Translations under genes and position numbers: made by a program
Part shown: positions 1-12,875 of the stretch, piece after piece
How the letters are laid out: every line of letters starts with the position of its first letter
Numbering within the stretch: the stretch's first letter is position 1
Assembly (NCBI RefSeq): GCF_006345805.1
Contig: NC_043018.1
Span: 1,178,001-1,242,000, forward strand
Length of the DNA: 64,000 bases
Reading direction: 5' to 3'
From: Octopus sinensis
Taxonomy: Eukaryota
The notes under the pieces: generated by a model
Database searches by the model: none
Seen by the model: the letters and a program-made list of their open reading frames with translations, nothing else
What the model was told of the DNA's origin: nothing

Positions 1-406
1 TAAGAAGACTTTACGTAAATCATAAGATATGCATCGAAAAACAATTATTTTTCCTGCCACAAAAGACTGGAATTATTATTATTTTTTTTATTCTTCTCAA
101 ATTTCCCTTAACTTATTTCTGGCACTTCCTCAGCTATACTGCTTGTTGATAATTTCAATATATCATCTGGAATCTGACAATAGCTAACATCGTGTGGTGC
201 TATGAAAAGAGATTGTTTACACAGAATAATAGAAATATATCTTCTGAATCTTGTCACAGCACTCACAGATGTTGGTAGTAAAAGGATGAAAGTACTTGCA
301 ATAAATACCAAAAACAGATTCAAAAACATTAAATAAATTGCTCTAGCTCAGCTAGGAGCGAATTGACTAATGTATATTTACACACACATACATATGTATG
401 TATATA

Positions 407-472
<66 letters not shown>

Positions 473-485
473 GTATGTATGTATG

Positions 486-516
<31 letters not shown>

Positions 517-538
517 GTATGTATGTCTATATATATAT

Positions 539-569
<31 letters not shown>

Positions 570-775
570 ATATATATATGCAGATATATACGAACACAGA
601 CGCTCACACGCACATAACTATTCATTATCTATATATCATTTTGTCTCTTTGTCTGTCACACACTCTCTCTCTCTCCCTCCACACATATATGTACATACTT
701 AATAATGTATATATATGCATATATATGTCTACACAGACACGCACGCACACACACACACACTCACATGTACATATA

Positions 776-1620
776 CTGGGTGCGCTGAATAAACTGTCAT
801 CTAAATTACGCAAAAGCGAAATTAAATAAAAAATATCTTGAATTACTAAAGAGTAAATTTATTCAATAAAATCGCCATTGACCTCCTGCGAATTCGGTAT
901 TTTCAGCAATTTTTTCTCGACGGTCTCCTTGTTTAAGTTGGTGAATGGTGCCATAATCCTTACCTTCAGTTCATCTTTGGTGTTACGAGGAGTTTTGTTG
1001 GTCTCTCGCTCAACTGCGATCCACGCATAATAAAGGGGTTTGCAGTGTGGGGATTTAGGTGGCCAGAAGTTACTGGTGATGTAGTCGCAGAAATTGTCTG
1101 ATAGCCATTGGGTTCTCCTGCTTCTGTGACATGGTGCAGAGTCCTGTTTTCAGACATAGGGTCTTCTAGCTGCAACCTTCTTGACCACGAGCAGCTCTAC
1201 TTCCTCTAAGCACTTCATGTAGGCCTCCGTGTTGTGTGTGTGGCCATGTTGGACGATGAGTGGCGGCATATCGTCGCCGTTGCAAGTGATCATTCCAAGT
1301 ACCATGATGTTGACTGGATGTTTGATTTTTATCACTCTCAGTACATGCTTTGGAGACTTGGCAAGCTAACAAGTATTATGTGTATTCACTTTCTGAACCT
1401 GGTAGAAGTTTTTCTCGTCTGAGAAAAACCAAAGTATGTTCAGTTGGGGAGAATGTTTGAGTTCGTTCAAAAGCTTCGTAGGGTGGTTTTTCTCTTGTTC
1501 TTGATGGCTTGGGATAAAAATTGGTTCTCTCTCTTCCTGTATGAGGAATACTGAAAGTCTTCATGCACTACCTGCCTGATAAGAAAGTCAGACACTCCCA
1601 TGTCCATGGCGATGGTCTTC
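776..1620 (-). mobile_element. Decayed Tc1/mariner-superfamily transposase remnant, maT (DD37D)-like
   Basis: Minus-strand translation across frameshifts gives LWFFSDEKNF (first D), KHPVNIMVLGMITCNGDDMPP..NTEAYMKCLEEV, PYV*KQDSAPCH (second D), then NFWPP-NSP..NP..Y and ERPTK../KDELKVRIMAPFTNLNKETV. The D-to-D spacing of the repaired motif fits DD37D. The end at 774-790 reads TA|CTGGGTGCGCTGAATAAA, consistent with a TA target and a TIR. The other end was not found. Confidence 0.8.
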
Positions 1621-2232
1621 ATTGATTAGAGGGATCGTTGTCAATTATGACCTGAATCTCACCAACAAATTCAGAAGTTCTTTTCTTATCACCGTTATCC
1701 TCACCCAACTCATTCGGATTCTTCTGCACTCTCCTCAGGTTGACACGCGAACACTCTGAAATGTTCATAGTATTGAAGATCTTCTGGTGCGAATGCAAAA
1801 CAGTACAGCATGTAGTTTCTACATTTCTGACAGAGTGAATTGATTCGTGATGCTATTTTCTCACAAAAGGTGCTCAGCTGACTCTATTATACTTGTGTAG
1901 TCACCTAAATCAAAAGCAATAAATACGCATCCACGAAATCAAAAATATAAAATTCTGACAGTTTACCTGTCGAAATATGAATATGTGTCTTTGTCTGCTT
2001 ATACAGAGTGATAGATACTTCGTATTTATCATGGCAACTGATGAAGGTTTCTTTGGTTTTAAATCAGAAAATGTCTTGAAAAGATACCCACATACACTGA
2101 ATACCTGCTTTGGACTACATAGATCTGCAGTTAAGTTCTGATCTTTATGAGTCTTAAGATGTCTCTTGAGGCATCCGTTAGATTTGCCGACATTATGGTA
2201 TACGCAGCATTGACAGGTATACTCTGATAGAT

Positions 2233-2334
2233 TAAGTACCAGTTACGCACTGGTGTCGATGTGATCGACATAATACCTATGTCTGTCCTTGTTTGTCCCC
2301 TCTATGTTTAGCCCCTTGTGGGTAATAAAGAAAT
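2233..2334 (+). mobile_element. 5'-truncated SINE family A with 18-bp TSD
   Basis: AGGTATACTCTGATAGAT at 2215-2232 and 2335-2352 flanks the family-A 3' half (taagtaccagttacgcactgg...ccccttgtgggtaataaagaaat). Confidence 0.9.
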
Positions 2335-2412
2335 AGGTATACTCTGATAGATAGGCAGAGCATTTAGTGGGGCCGCAAATGAGATTTAAGCACAGCAAAA
2401 CAAAAAAGCATA

Positions 2413-2446
2413 GTGTGTCATAAACTGTGAACAGTTTATGACACAC
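2413..2446. repeat. Near-perfect palindrome with 16-bp arms
   Basis: GTGTGTCATAAACTGT-GA-ACAGTTTATGACACAC. Confidence 0.95.
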
Positions 2447-2601
2447 CATTTAAATTTCTATTGAGTTTTTGCATGGATCATCTTGGTTTCTTCAAAATCA
2501 CTTTACTCCGCAATGTTGGATCCATTCCAAGAGACTTCATATTATACATACATATATCTACAGATGCATAATAGGTAGGTATATTATGTCTTCACGAGTA
2601 G

Positions 2602-2646
<45 letters not shown>

Positions 2647-3018
2647 GTGAAACAGAGAGAGAGAGAGAAACAAAAGAACATACACACACATGCATTTGTA
2701 TATATTTACAAGAAAAATTCTGTAGTACCTCTAACGTTTTGGTTCATTCATATTCTTTAAGATATTTCATGAATGCCACTGAACAGATGCAGTGAACACA
2801 GCAATTTCCTGCTAAAACTATTTTGTTTGTAAAACTTAATGTGTAACTATTGCTAAATATATTACAGCGACCATCATTAATTACATGCTTTATAGAAATA
2901 TCACAAGCATTGATGTACAAACTGTATAATACAGATATGCATACGTGTATACATACTTACAGACACACACAGACATACAAAAATACATAGATAATTACAT
3001 ACATAGATAAATATATGC

Positions 3019-3051
<33 letters not shown>

Positions 3052-3865
3052 GTGAGTGTAAATACATCTACATAAACATTTATAATATATAAATACATTC
3101 GTGTGTGTTTGTACATATGAATATGTACGCAAACATATAAATATCTAGTCGTAGAGCGAGAGAGGCATCAATATATAGATATTTGCATATATTCATTAAT
3201 AGGTATGCGTATAATTGAGTGTTTATATGTGTTTGTGTGTACATCTATACATAAATGTAAGACTGGATGTTAAAGAAGCTATAAAAAAAATCTATTTTTA
3301 TTGTTCTTTTTTTCCTTTTCTCTTCCATAAGCGCATAAGTTATCTTCTATCCTATCGCGCATTCCGTGACATTTAGTCCCAAAATAAAGTAATTTATCTC
3401 TTCAGCAATTGACCAGTGATAACTACGTGTCAGTATGCAGTTTTGTCAGAAAAAAAATGTATTAGTAAACCTATGATTAATGCATAAAATCTGAAAATAC
3501 TGAGGAAATAATTCACGGCTGCTACCACAATAAGAAAACATGAAAGCACCGTCAAATATAAATTGTTTATGCATGCACTTGCGTTACTACATCTCTACAA
3601 GTTCACCGATACGCATGCGCACATCACTGACTTCCAACTTCTCCCTCTGATTTCCGCATACATGTCTTCCTGCATACATCTCTAACTTCCGCATGAAGTC
3701 CAAAGGATTTTACTTTCTTTTACACTGCTCTGCACTTTATTGTTTGTGCCTTCTGTGAGACGATACAACAGCTTAGATTTTCGCAAACCATGCAAAATAT
3801 TCCACCGCATACAAAATATTCTTTTCTACTCTAGACACAAGGGCCGAATTTTTGGGGGAGGAGGC

Positions 3866-4207
3866 CAGTCGATTAGATCGACCCTAGTACGCAACTGGTT
3901 CTTAATCTAACGAACCCGAAAGGATGAAAGGCAAAATTGATCTCGGCGGAATTTGAAATAAGAACGTAAAGACACACGAAATACCTATTTCTTTACTACC
4001 CACAAGGGGCTAAACACAGAGGGGACAAACAAGGACAGACAAACGGATTAAATCGATTATATCGACCCCAGTGCGTTACTCGTACTTATTTAATGGACCC
4101 CGAAAGGAGGAAAGGCAAAGTCGACCTCGGCGGAATTTGAACTCAGAACGTAGCGGCAGACGAAATACCGCTAATCATTTCGCCCGGTGTGCTAACGTTT
4201 CTTCCAT
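3866..4207 (-). mobile_element. SINE family A, one partial plus one near-complete copy in tandem
   Basis: The gaccccagtgcgtaactgg...cgaaaggatgaaaggcaaagtcgacctcggcggaatttgaactcagaacg block occurs twice. Confidence 0.85.
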
Positions 4208-5471
4208 CTAACCACTTTTCCGCACGCAGAAAATGTTGAAAGGAGACTGCATTCTCCTTACGATTCCTTATGTCATATAGGAACACAATCCTTGACTTGA
4301 CATGATTTCTGGTTCTAGCTTCACAGATGTTCGTCTACCTTTTTCGAACAGCAGCATTTTCCTTAAATTCTAATTGTCAACATTTTTTTAACATGTCGGT
4401 TAAAACAATATAACATTTCATACACAAAGTTTTTCTATTGTCAACTATAGTACAAGATATTTTATATGAGTGTGTATGTGTCTGTGTGTGTGTTTGTGCG
4501 TTCGATACGTACGAGATAGTAAAGGATATTTTATACAACGACGACTACAACGTCACATATTAGAATTTGTGTGTGTGTCTAAGTGTATGTGTGTGAGTGT
4601 ATGCGAGTGTATGACTCTCTAACTGTGGGTCTGTGTCCGCGTTAGGTACGCTATTAAACATACACACAAATCTACACATACATATATGCATGTGACGATT
4701 GACATGCGTGCATGTATGCCTGTATATGTATCTCTTACTATATGTATGTGATTGTATGCGAGTGTGTATGTGTGTGTATCGTCACATTTTGTATAGGAAT
4801 GTGGATGTGTGTGTGTGTGTGTGTTACGTTATTAAACACACACATCTATACATACATATATATATGTGACGAGAACTGCTGCAGGTGAAACTCTTGTCTA
4901 AGCGTAATTTCGTGGAAGATCCAAGTTATGTAAAAATACACATTTACCGTTTAATTGACAGTTTATAATTATCACAGGAGTTGCAAGAATGCAAGATATT
5001 TACACTTTGCTTAATTTGGTTAATTTACACTGCATACAAAATATAGTCATACTAGAAACATATATAGAACTGCTTAAAAATAGACATTTATGAATATATT
5101 TTCTATCTTCATAATTTTTTGCTTGAAATATTAATAAGAATATGCTAGCAAAGAAAAATCCTCATCTCCCCAGCAACACCAGTAAAGCAAGGGTAGAGTG
5201 CAGAAAACCGAAGGCGAAATAATGGACGTGAGACATTCTCGACATCAGAAAAGGCATGATGCCTTCACATCAATACAGAAGGGACATGGTACTTTCCAAA
5301 GATCAACAAACGCGTAGTGCAGCACGTCAAGTATAGTCTCGAGAGAGAAGGAGAGGAGACTTTCTCAATATCAAAAAAGCCATGCTACATCACATCGGAT
5401 GGAGTGCCCTTTATTGGTTCCCGAACCGACTCTGCGTGTACACAAACATAAATACACACATGAATATATAT

Positions 5472-5579
<108 letters not shown>

Positions 5580-5599
5580 GACACCATGATAGATCGGTA

Positions 5600-5760
5600 G
5601 ACACTACACACATTTTTTTCTCTCCTTGTTTTTTCTGTGTCCCTTTCTGTAGAAATGGGGAGGCTCGAAACGTAGAATTTTTCAATTCCTGAGCGTTATA
5701 CTAATACATCTGTTTGTTTTGTACACCACCTGTCTTCGTCTACTGTAGTTTTTGTAAACT
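5600..5760 (+). mobile_element. Short Penelope-like cassette with decayed hammerhead motif (5644-5677)
   Basis: Homologous to 19730-19920. Reads ttt CTGTAGA aatggggaggctc GAAA CGTA gaa; core and stem II are mutated. Confidence 0.55.
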
Positions 5761-5789
5761 CTCCCTGAATACATACATATATATATATA

Positions 5790-5990
5790 TAAAGTTAATC
5801 CAAACAAGAAAACACAAAAAAAAACACAGCAACGCGAGGACGTGGAACAAATAAGGTATTATTGGACGCTCAGGAAAGAAGGGAAGAAGGAGGGTTTAAC
5901 GTTTCGAGCGGAGCTCTTCGTCGGAAACAAAAGAGAAGGATAGATCCCGAGAAGGGAAGACATAAGAAAAATATTGCTGGCGGTGCTCAC
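5790..5990 (-). mobile_element. Short Penelope-like cassette with minimal hammerhead variant (5894-5928)
   Basis: Minus strand GTTT CCGACGA A GAGC TCC GCTC GAAA CGTT AAAC. Same family as 7820, 14050 and 56190. Confidence 0.65.
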
Positions 5991-7651
5991 GAGGTCACAT
6001 GTTGAAAAAAGTGAACATAATTTCATATATATATATATATATAACAAATATACAGCAATCCGTCATCTAACAGTGAGAATAAAGAAATAATGAAAAAGGT
6101 AAAATGTTGAATATGGTTGTAATCATTCCATTTTATTTGCGTTTTCCCCAGAAATACGCAAGCATAATGGTGTGATTACAGCCATATCTAACATTTCCCT
6201 TTTTCTTCTCTATGATGCTTTCCATTAATTATTCTTTATTCTTCACTCTGATGAAGCTCCATGTTTCAGATCGGTTTTTATTACCAAATATGATAAATAA
6301 TTTTAGCATATCAATGGCAATACCATACAACATTGGAAGTAGAAACAGCCGTTGGATGAGATGCAGTCTATTTGTTTTGAATTAATAAATAATAATTGAT
6401 CTATGTCAATGTTACTCATCGATATTTCTCCATTTTCTTCCTTCCTTAAATTTTAAATCATATTTATTCTTGTCTTTATGAGCATAAAATGCTTGCATAC
6501 CGGTAGTGTACCGGTAGGGTAATCAATGCTCACTCCTATCCCTTACAAAGTTGTATGTATATATATATATATATATATATCGGCAGCCGGGGGTGTTTGT
6601 CTCCCCTTCGTATATGTATATAAGGACACAGGGAAAAATGTGTCAAAGCCATCAGGAGGCGTTCGATGCTTCCTAGGGCTATACAGCGGTGGTGTACCCC
6701 TTACTGTCACGTTCTTGTTAGATTGACAGTATACAACCATTCTATATATATACCTATTTCTAGATACATGTATATCCAAATATATAAATATAAACACGCA
6801 CACACACACACACATATATATATGTATATATGCATGTATGTATGTATGTATGGATGGATGGATAAACAGATATTTTAGATAGATAGATAGTTAGATAGAT
6901 AAACAGATAGATATACACATATACAAATAACTTGGAAGTAACACAGAAGGCAAAATTGTAAAGAGCGATGCCTGTTCTATATACGCAAATATGAAATAAG
7001 TGTCGGCTTCATAGATGTGCGAGCCAAATAAGACATGTTCAGTGCGGTGAGTGTGTATCTTCTTTGATAAAGTTTATTTAACCAAATACATGTAACAATG
7101 CATCGCGTTGTGAAGCACCAGTGAAATTATGTTCTACATTGTTGGATCAATGTCTTTGAAAAATTCTTTCCAACATTTCAAGTTTTGTTCCAAATTATAG
7201 AATTTACCGTTGCGGTGAAACACTCGTATTAAGAACTGTATATTATCTCACTTAACGAACCAGTAGATGCTTGGCAGGACCTTAGTCGAAATGCTGTTTC
7301 CATGATTAAAGGAAAAATTCATGAGTACACGTCTGTATGGAAGTGGTATCTGTGTGAGCATATATGTATGTGTGAATACATATATATGTGTGTGTGTGTA
7401 TACATACATATAGATGCATCTCTATCTGTATATATATACATCCCTCTATATATGGAGAGAGTGAGCGAGGAAGAGGGGTAGATAGATAGATAAATAGATA
7501 TGTAAATATAAATATATTTCGAGTTGTGTCTGGTGAATGTGAGTATAGCTGCATGTGTGTGTGTCTGTACGCCTCCTGTTTTTGTAAACTTATGTGCACT
7601 TTCTTGTTACATGCAAAACTGATGCACAACAAACTATACACAACATACATG

Positions 7652-7697
<46 letters not shown>

Positions 7698-7705
7698 ATA
7701 TATAT

Positions 7706-7788
<83 letters not shown>

Positions 7789-7813
7789 TATAGATAGATA
7801 GATAGATAGATAG
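7706..7813. repeat. (ATAG)n microsatellite adjoining (AT)n
   Basis: Long gatagatagata run. Confidence 0.95.
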
Positions 7814-7819
7814 ATAATT

Positions 7820-8010
7820 GAAACATGAACAAAGAGAAAATACAACAACGCGAGTACGTGGAATGAGCATAGTGTTATTGGACGCTCAGGAAAGGAAATG
7901 AAGAAGGAGGATTTAACGTTTCGAGCGGAGCTCTTCGTCTGAAACATAGAAAACGGAAAGGTCCAAGAAAGGGAAGACGGGGAAAGAAAATCGCCAACGA
8001 TACACACGCG
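7820..8010 (-). mobile_element. Short Penelope-like cassette with hammerhead variant (about 7911-7946)
   Basis: Minus strand GTTT CAGACGA A GAGC TCC GCTC GAAA CGTT AAAT. Confidence 0.6.
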
Positions 8011-8070
8011 GAGACACACACACACACACACACATACACACACTCATACACACACAAAGATATGTATATG

Positions 8071-8117
<47 letters not shown>

Positions 8118-8120
8118 CAT

Positions 8121-8346
8121 ATTTCTTTACTACCCACAAGGGACTAAACACAGAGAGGACAAACAAGGACAAACTGATTAAGTAGATTATATCGACCCCA
8201 GTGCGTGACTGGTACTTAATTTATCAACCCCGAAAAGATGAAAGGCTAAGTCGACCTCGGCGGAATTTGAACTCAGAACGTAACGGCCGACGAAATACGG
8301 CTACGCATTTCGCCCGGCATGCTAACGTTTCTGCCAGCTCGCCGCC
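8121..8346 (-). mobile_element. SINE family A, full length (tRNA-like head)
   Basis: Minus strand begins GGCGGCGAGCTGGCAGAAACGTTAGC, has B-box-like GAGTTCAAATTCC, and ends gtgggtagtaaagaaat. Confidence 0.9.
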
Positions 8347-8850
8347 ATATATATATCGTTGCTATTTTGTTAAACTGTTGCGTGTCCAAATGTGACCAAA
8401 TTTGTTTCTTTTCAATATTTGTTTTGGCTTGAAATAGCCGTTTTTTTTTCTGTTGAAAGTGTCATATCTCCATCTACTTCTGATGCCAAGATATGAAAGA
8501 TTTGCGGGTTATTAACATCACGCCCTAGAGGAATGAATAAAATGACTGGAGAATATCATCAAATTCATACAAAACTTATTGAATATTTTTCTTTTCCTTT
8601 TCTTTTTCTTTCCCCTTTTTTGGCATCATTTTTCTGTCTTTTTCTTTTCGCCTGTTATCAATTTAAAAATTAAATACTGATGATGACATTCCATCAAAGT
8701 GTGGACATTGGCTGCTTTCGTTCATGCTTAAAATTTTGAATTTTTGTCACTTCTTATTTTGAACTCGACAAAGACAGGCTTGCTGTCGAAATATCACTCA
8801 ACCAATAAAATATCTATTACAATCGCAAGCGCTCTTCCTCTTGTCCAATA

Positions 8851-8854
<4 letters not shown>

Positions 8855-8912
<58 letters not shown>

Positions 8913-9076
8913 TAATAATAACAATAATAATAATAATAACAATAATAATAATAATAATAATGATAATAATAATAATGATGATGATGACAATAATGATAAT
9001 AATAATGATAATAATAATAATAATGATAATAATAATGATGATGATGACAATAATGATAATAATAATGATAACAATG

Positions 9077-9125
<49 letters not shown>

Positions 9126-9212
9126 TAATAATAATAATAATAATGATGATGATGATAATGATAATAATAATAATAATAATAACAATAATAATAATACTAA
9201 TAATAATAATAA
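8855..9212. repeat. (AAT)n/(GAT)n microsatellite
   Basis: Direct reading. Confidence 0.95.
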
Positions 9213-10113
9213 CAGCCGATCAATGGCTAATGTCCTCTGGCTTAAAATCTGAAACAGAAGGGTTTATCATAGCAGCTCAAGATCAATGCCTACCAACAAG
9301 AAACTACCAGGCCAACATATTAAAGAACGGCAGTAGCCCAACATGTCGTGTAGGTCGACAACAAAATGAAACCATTGATCATGTTGTCTCCAAGTGCAGT
9401 CTTCTAGCCCCTACATAGTATCTCAACAGGCATGATAGAGCTGCACAATATATTCACTGGGTAATTTGCAAAAACCTGGATTTGCCCAATGAAAAAAACT
9501 GGTGGGAACACAAATCACCTCCAATGCTTGAAAATGACCACATCTCACTCCTCTGGAACTTCACCATTCGAATTGACAGAAAGATAGATGCAAATAGGCC
9601 AGACATCATATTGGAAGACTTCAGACAAAGAACATGCCTCCTCATTGATATGACTGTCCCAATCGATATAAACGTATCGGTCAAGACCTACCAAAAACTG
9701 AGCAAATATAAAGATCTTGAAATAGAAATCAGCAAAATGTGGAAGCTGAAGACTAAAACAATACCTGTTGTCATAGGTGCCCTGGGAATGATAGCGAAAG
9801 GGGCTGATTGCTACCTAACTCAGATACCAGGAAACCCCAAAATGGAGGAATTCAAACGATAGTGCGCATGGGAACTGCTCATATCCTACGCAAAATACTC
9901 TCTATGTAATCTCAAGGTTTAAAACAAACAATTTTTTTATTTTTTAAAATTTATTTATTAGACATTCACTAGTGCAACACAAAAAAAACCCCCAAATATA
10001 TGGCACACTAGGCATAACAACAACGTGATCTTCCAACCTGTTGTCTCTTGAGGTCTCTGGGTGAAACTTGAAACCAACTTGTACAAACATAAAGCAAAAG
10101 TCAAACATAGAAT
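9213..10113 (+). mobile_element. 5'-truncated R4/Dong-like non-LTR retrotransposon (second subfamily)
   Basis: Encodes QWLMSSGLKSETEGFIIAAQDQ, a CCHC knuckle (CRVGRQQNETIDHVVSKC), RHDR, and an REL endonuclease segment (RPDIILEDFRQRTCLLIDMTVP..KLSKYKDL). (AAT)n lies on both sides. Confidence 0.9.
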
Positions 10114-10268
10114 ATAATAATAATAATAATAATAATAATATAATAATAATATAAAATAATAATAATAACAACTACAACAACAATAACAACAGCAATAACA
10201 TAAACAATAACAATAACATAACAATACATAATAATAATAATATAATAATAATGATAATGATAATGATA

Positions 10269-10299
<31 letters not shown>

Positions 10300-10322
10300 T
10301 AATAATAATAGAAGAAGAAGAA

Positions 10323-10353
<31 letters not shown>

Positions 10354-10400
10354 AAGAAGAAGAAAAAGAAAAAGAAAAGAAGAAGAAGAAGAAGAAGAAT
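10114..10400. repeat. (AAT)n grading into (GAA)n microsatellite
   Basis: Direct reading. Confidence 0.95.
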
Positions 10401-11949
10401 AATGTTGGACTCTATCCGAGTAAGAAATAATCATTAGAATGTAATACTGCTCTCCGAATGAAACTATGTATTTTAGCTGTGTGTTTAACCTCCGTCATCG
10501 CAGAACACGTGTAAACACGTTGGCTACACTGGCAAAGCGCTGGATTACACCCGAGTAAGTAATACTTATTAAAAGAGGTTGGACTATATCCGAGTTAGTA
10601 AATATTAGGCTATATCCGATTAAGTACGCATCACAAACACGTAAGTACGTAAACTAATTAATTACGTATACACACTAGTTTTACATGAACACATTTTAAT
10701 ATTTCAAAATAAAATCAAGTAATGTATAAACAAGCGGGAAAAGGCAGTGAAGTTCTTTCGAGTCAATACGAAGAATATTGTCCAGGAGTTTGATGCTCTG
10801 GACAATACATGGAGCTTCACGCATCAGCACTAGATACTGTTAGATATCTGTCTGTATTCCACATTTAAAATGCAAGTTGCTTCATCTGGGCGCCATTTGT
10901 TTGGGAATGATTTCGAAGTGAATCATTGATATTGTAGATATCATTATGTACTATACATTATTTGTATACATTGTTTTATTGCATGTGCGTATATGTATAT
11001 ACGCACATGAGAAACACGGATATGTATATACTCATATTGCTTTTATACACAAATATGTGGACATAGATACATTCACACATATGAATATGTATATACATAA
11101 ATATACACATACACAAACGTATATATATAATTTATATATTTATATACATATGCATATATATACGTGCAAATATATGATATATATACACATCTATGATATA
11201 TATATATACATATATACATTGTATATATATTACATATATATATATACATACAAATATATGACATATATATATCTATGATATATATATAATATATATATAT
11301 ATATATTATATATATATATATTATATATATATATATATATCATATATGTAATATATATATTATATATATAAATAATATATAAATAACATATATATATATA
11401 TATATTATATATAATATATATATATACCTAGATCCATACACAAATAGGAATGCAATTATACATATGACAGTTTTTATAGTTATTGTTTTCATGCAACACG
11501 TAAGTGGATTGCTTGAGAATTCCATGAAACAAGGAAGCAAAATATAAAAACATTAAAGTCTTTTACAAGAGCTGCAAACATTAATAGATATCAAGTAGTA
11601 ATTGTGATTAATGAATGCAATTAATAAACATTAACTAATGAATACGTTGAAGGGCACTTTCTGAAAACAAAAGCAACAACTCTGTACGTAAATATTAAAT
11701 TATAAAACACGTATACATATCTAGAACCTCGGTTCGTTTCGGAATTCATATCGCGTTAGAAGGTTTCAAATTTTGGCACAGTGCCAGCTGTTTTTGAGGG
11801 AAATGTTAAGGAGATTATGTCGCAGTTCTTCTTCGTATTTATATTTTTGTCCCCAAATGATGAAAAATAAAGCCAAGCTCTGCGGAATTTGAACTCAGAG
11901 CAGGAAAATGGACGATATGCCGCTATGTATCATACTCTATCCTTTTCTT

Positions 11950-12330
11950 ATATTCCTTTACTTGTTTCAATATTTTGGTTGCGGTGACGATGGAACACCA
12001 CTTTAAAGGAATTTAGTCGAAGAATCAGACCCACAGACTAATTCTGTTAAAGTCTAGTACATATTCTATCGGTTTCTGTTGCTAAACCACTAACCTACGA
12101 TTGTGAAACGATGGTGGGAAGACAGACACAGGCTTGCACACCCACACACATACATACACACACATGGGATTCTTTTAGTTTTTACCTGTACCAAATCCAC
12201 TCAGAAATCTTATTTTGGTCTGAGGCTATTGTAGGAAACAACTGCCCGAATTTCCACGCAGTGGGACTGAAATCTGGTAAAATTTGTCTTGGAAGCTAAC
12301 AGCTTACCACACAGCCACGCCTGCGCCTCA
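11950..12330 (-). mobile_element. Old diverged SINE family B copy
   Basis: ccacgcagtgggactgaa...cttaccacacagccacgcctgcgcc matches the reverse of the family-B head. Confidence 0.7.
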
Positions 12331-12643
12331 GTGAATTGAAGATTTGTAGATGTAGGTTTTTTTATTCTTTAAGTAACATTCGTGTTGAAATCCCTCTTAA
12401 ATTTCGTATTTATAAGTTTGAGGAGTAAATACGATGACTCTGAAAAGTTTTGATTTTCTCTGAGATTGTTGTGTGTGTGAACAGAAACGGAAATAACAAC
12501 TGACAATAAACTCATATTCCTAACCAGAATACTTGTGCTAAATTTAAATCGCTCCTGAAACTAAATCTAACCTATCATGTTCTTATTTACGTCTACAGTA
12601 CATTTTTCGACGTTCAAGTTCACCAACCTGGAGTGATATTACC

Positions 12644-12875
12644 TATGTCTTTACTACCCACCAGGGGCTAAACACAGAGAAGACAAACAAGGACAGAAAA
12701 ACGGATTAAGTCGATACAATCGACCCCAGTGCCTTAACTGGTACTTATTTAATCGACCCCGAAAGGATGAAAGGCAAAGTCAACCTCGGCGGAATTTGAA
12801 CTCAGAACGTAAAGACAGACGAAATACGACTACGCATTTCGCCCGGCTTGCTAACGTTTCTGCCAGCTCGCCGCC
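12644..12875 (-). mobile_element. SINE family A, full length
   Basis: High identity to 8121-8346. Confidence 0.9.

Larger units (their letters stand above)
1715..2449 (-). pseudogene. Decayed coding remnant with C2H2 zinc-finger-like and PHD-like segments, interrupted by a SINE
   Basis: Removing the SINE and one TSD copy joins ORF 2243..2449 in frame to YTCQCCVYHNVGKSNGCLKRHLKTH (2147-2215). A degenerate second finger SVCGYLFKTFSDLK follows. Near 1715-1838 the strand reads LCQKCRNYMLYC..EHFRVFACQ. Confidence 0.4.

Noticed and set aside
2037-2085. CTGATGA...GAAA hammerhead-like match (also 61440 and several inside the LINE ORF)
   Set aside because: No paired stems I or II; chance matches.
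10405-10626. CRISPR-like array of the GGACTATATCCGAGTAAG motif
   Set aside because: Spacing is irregular, the repeats are degenerate, the context is eukaryotic, there are no cas genes, and the motif matches a retrotransposon 5' region.
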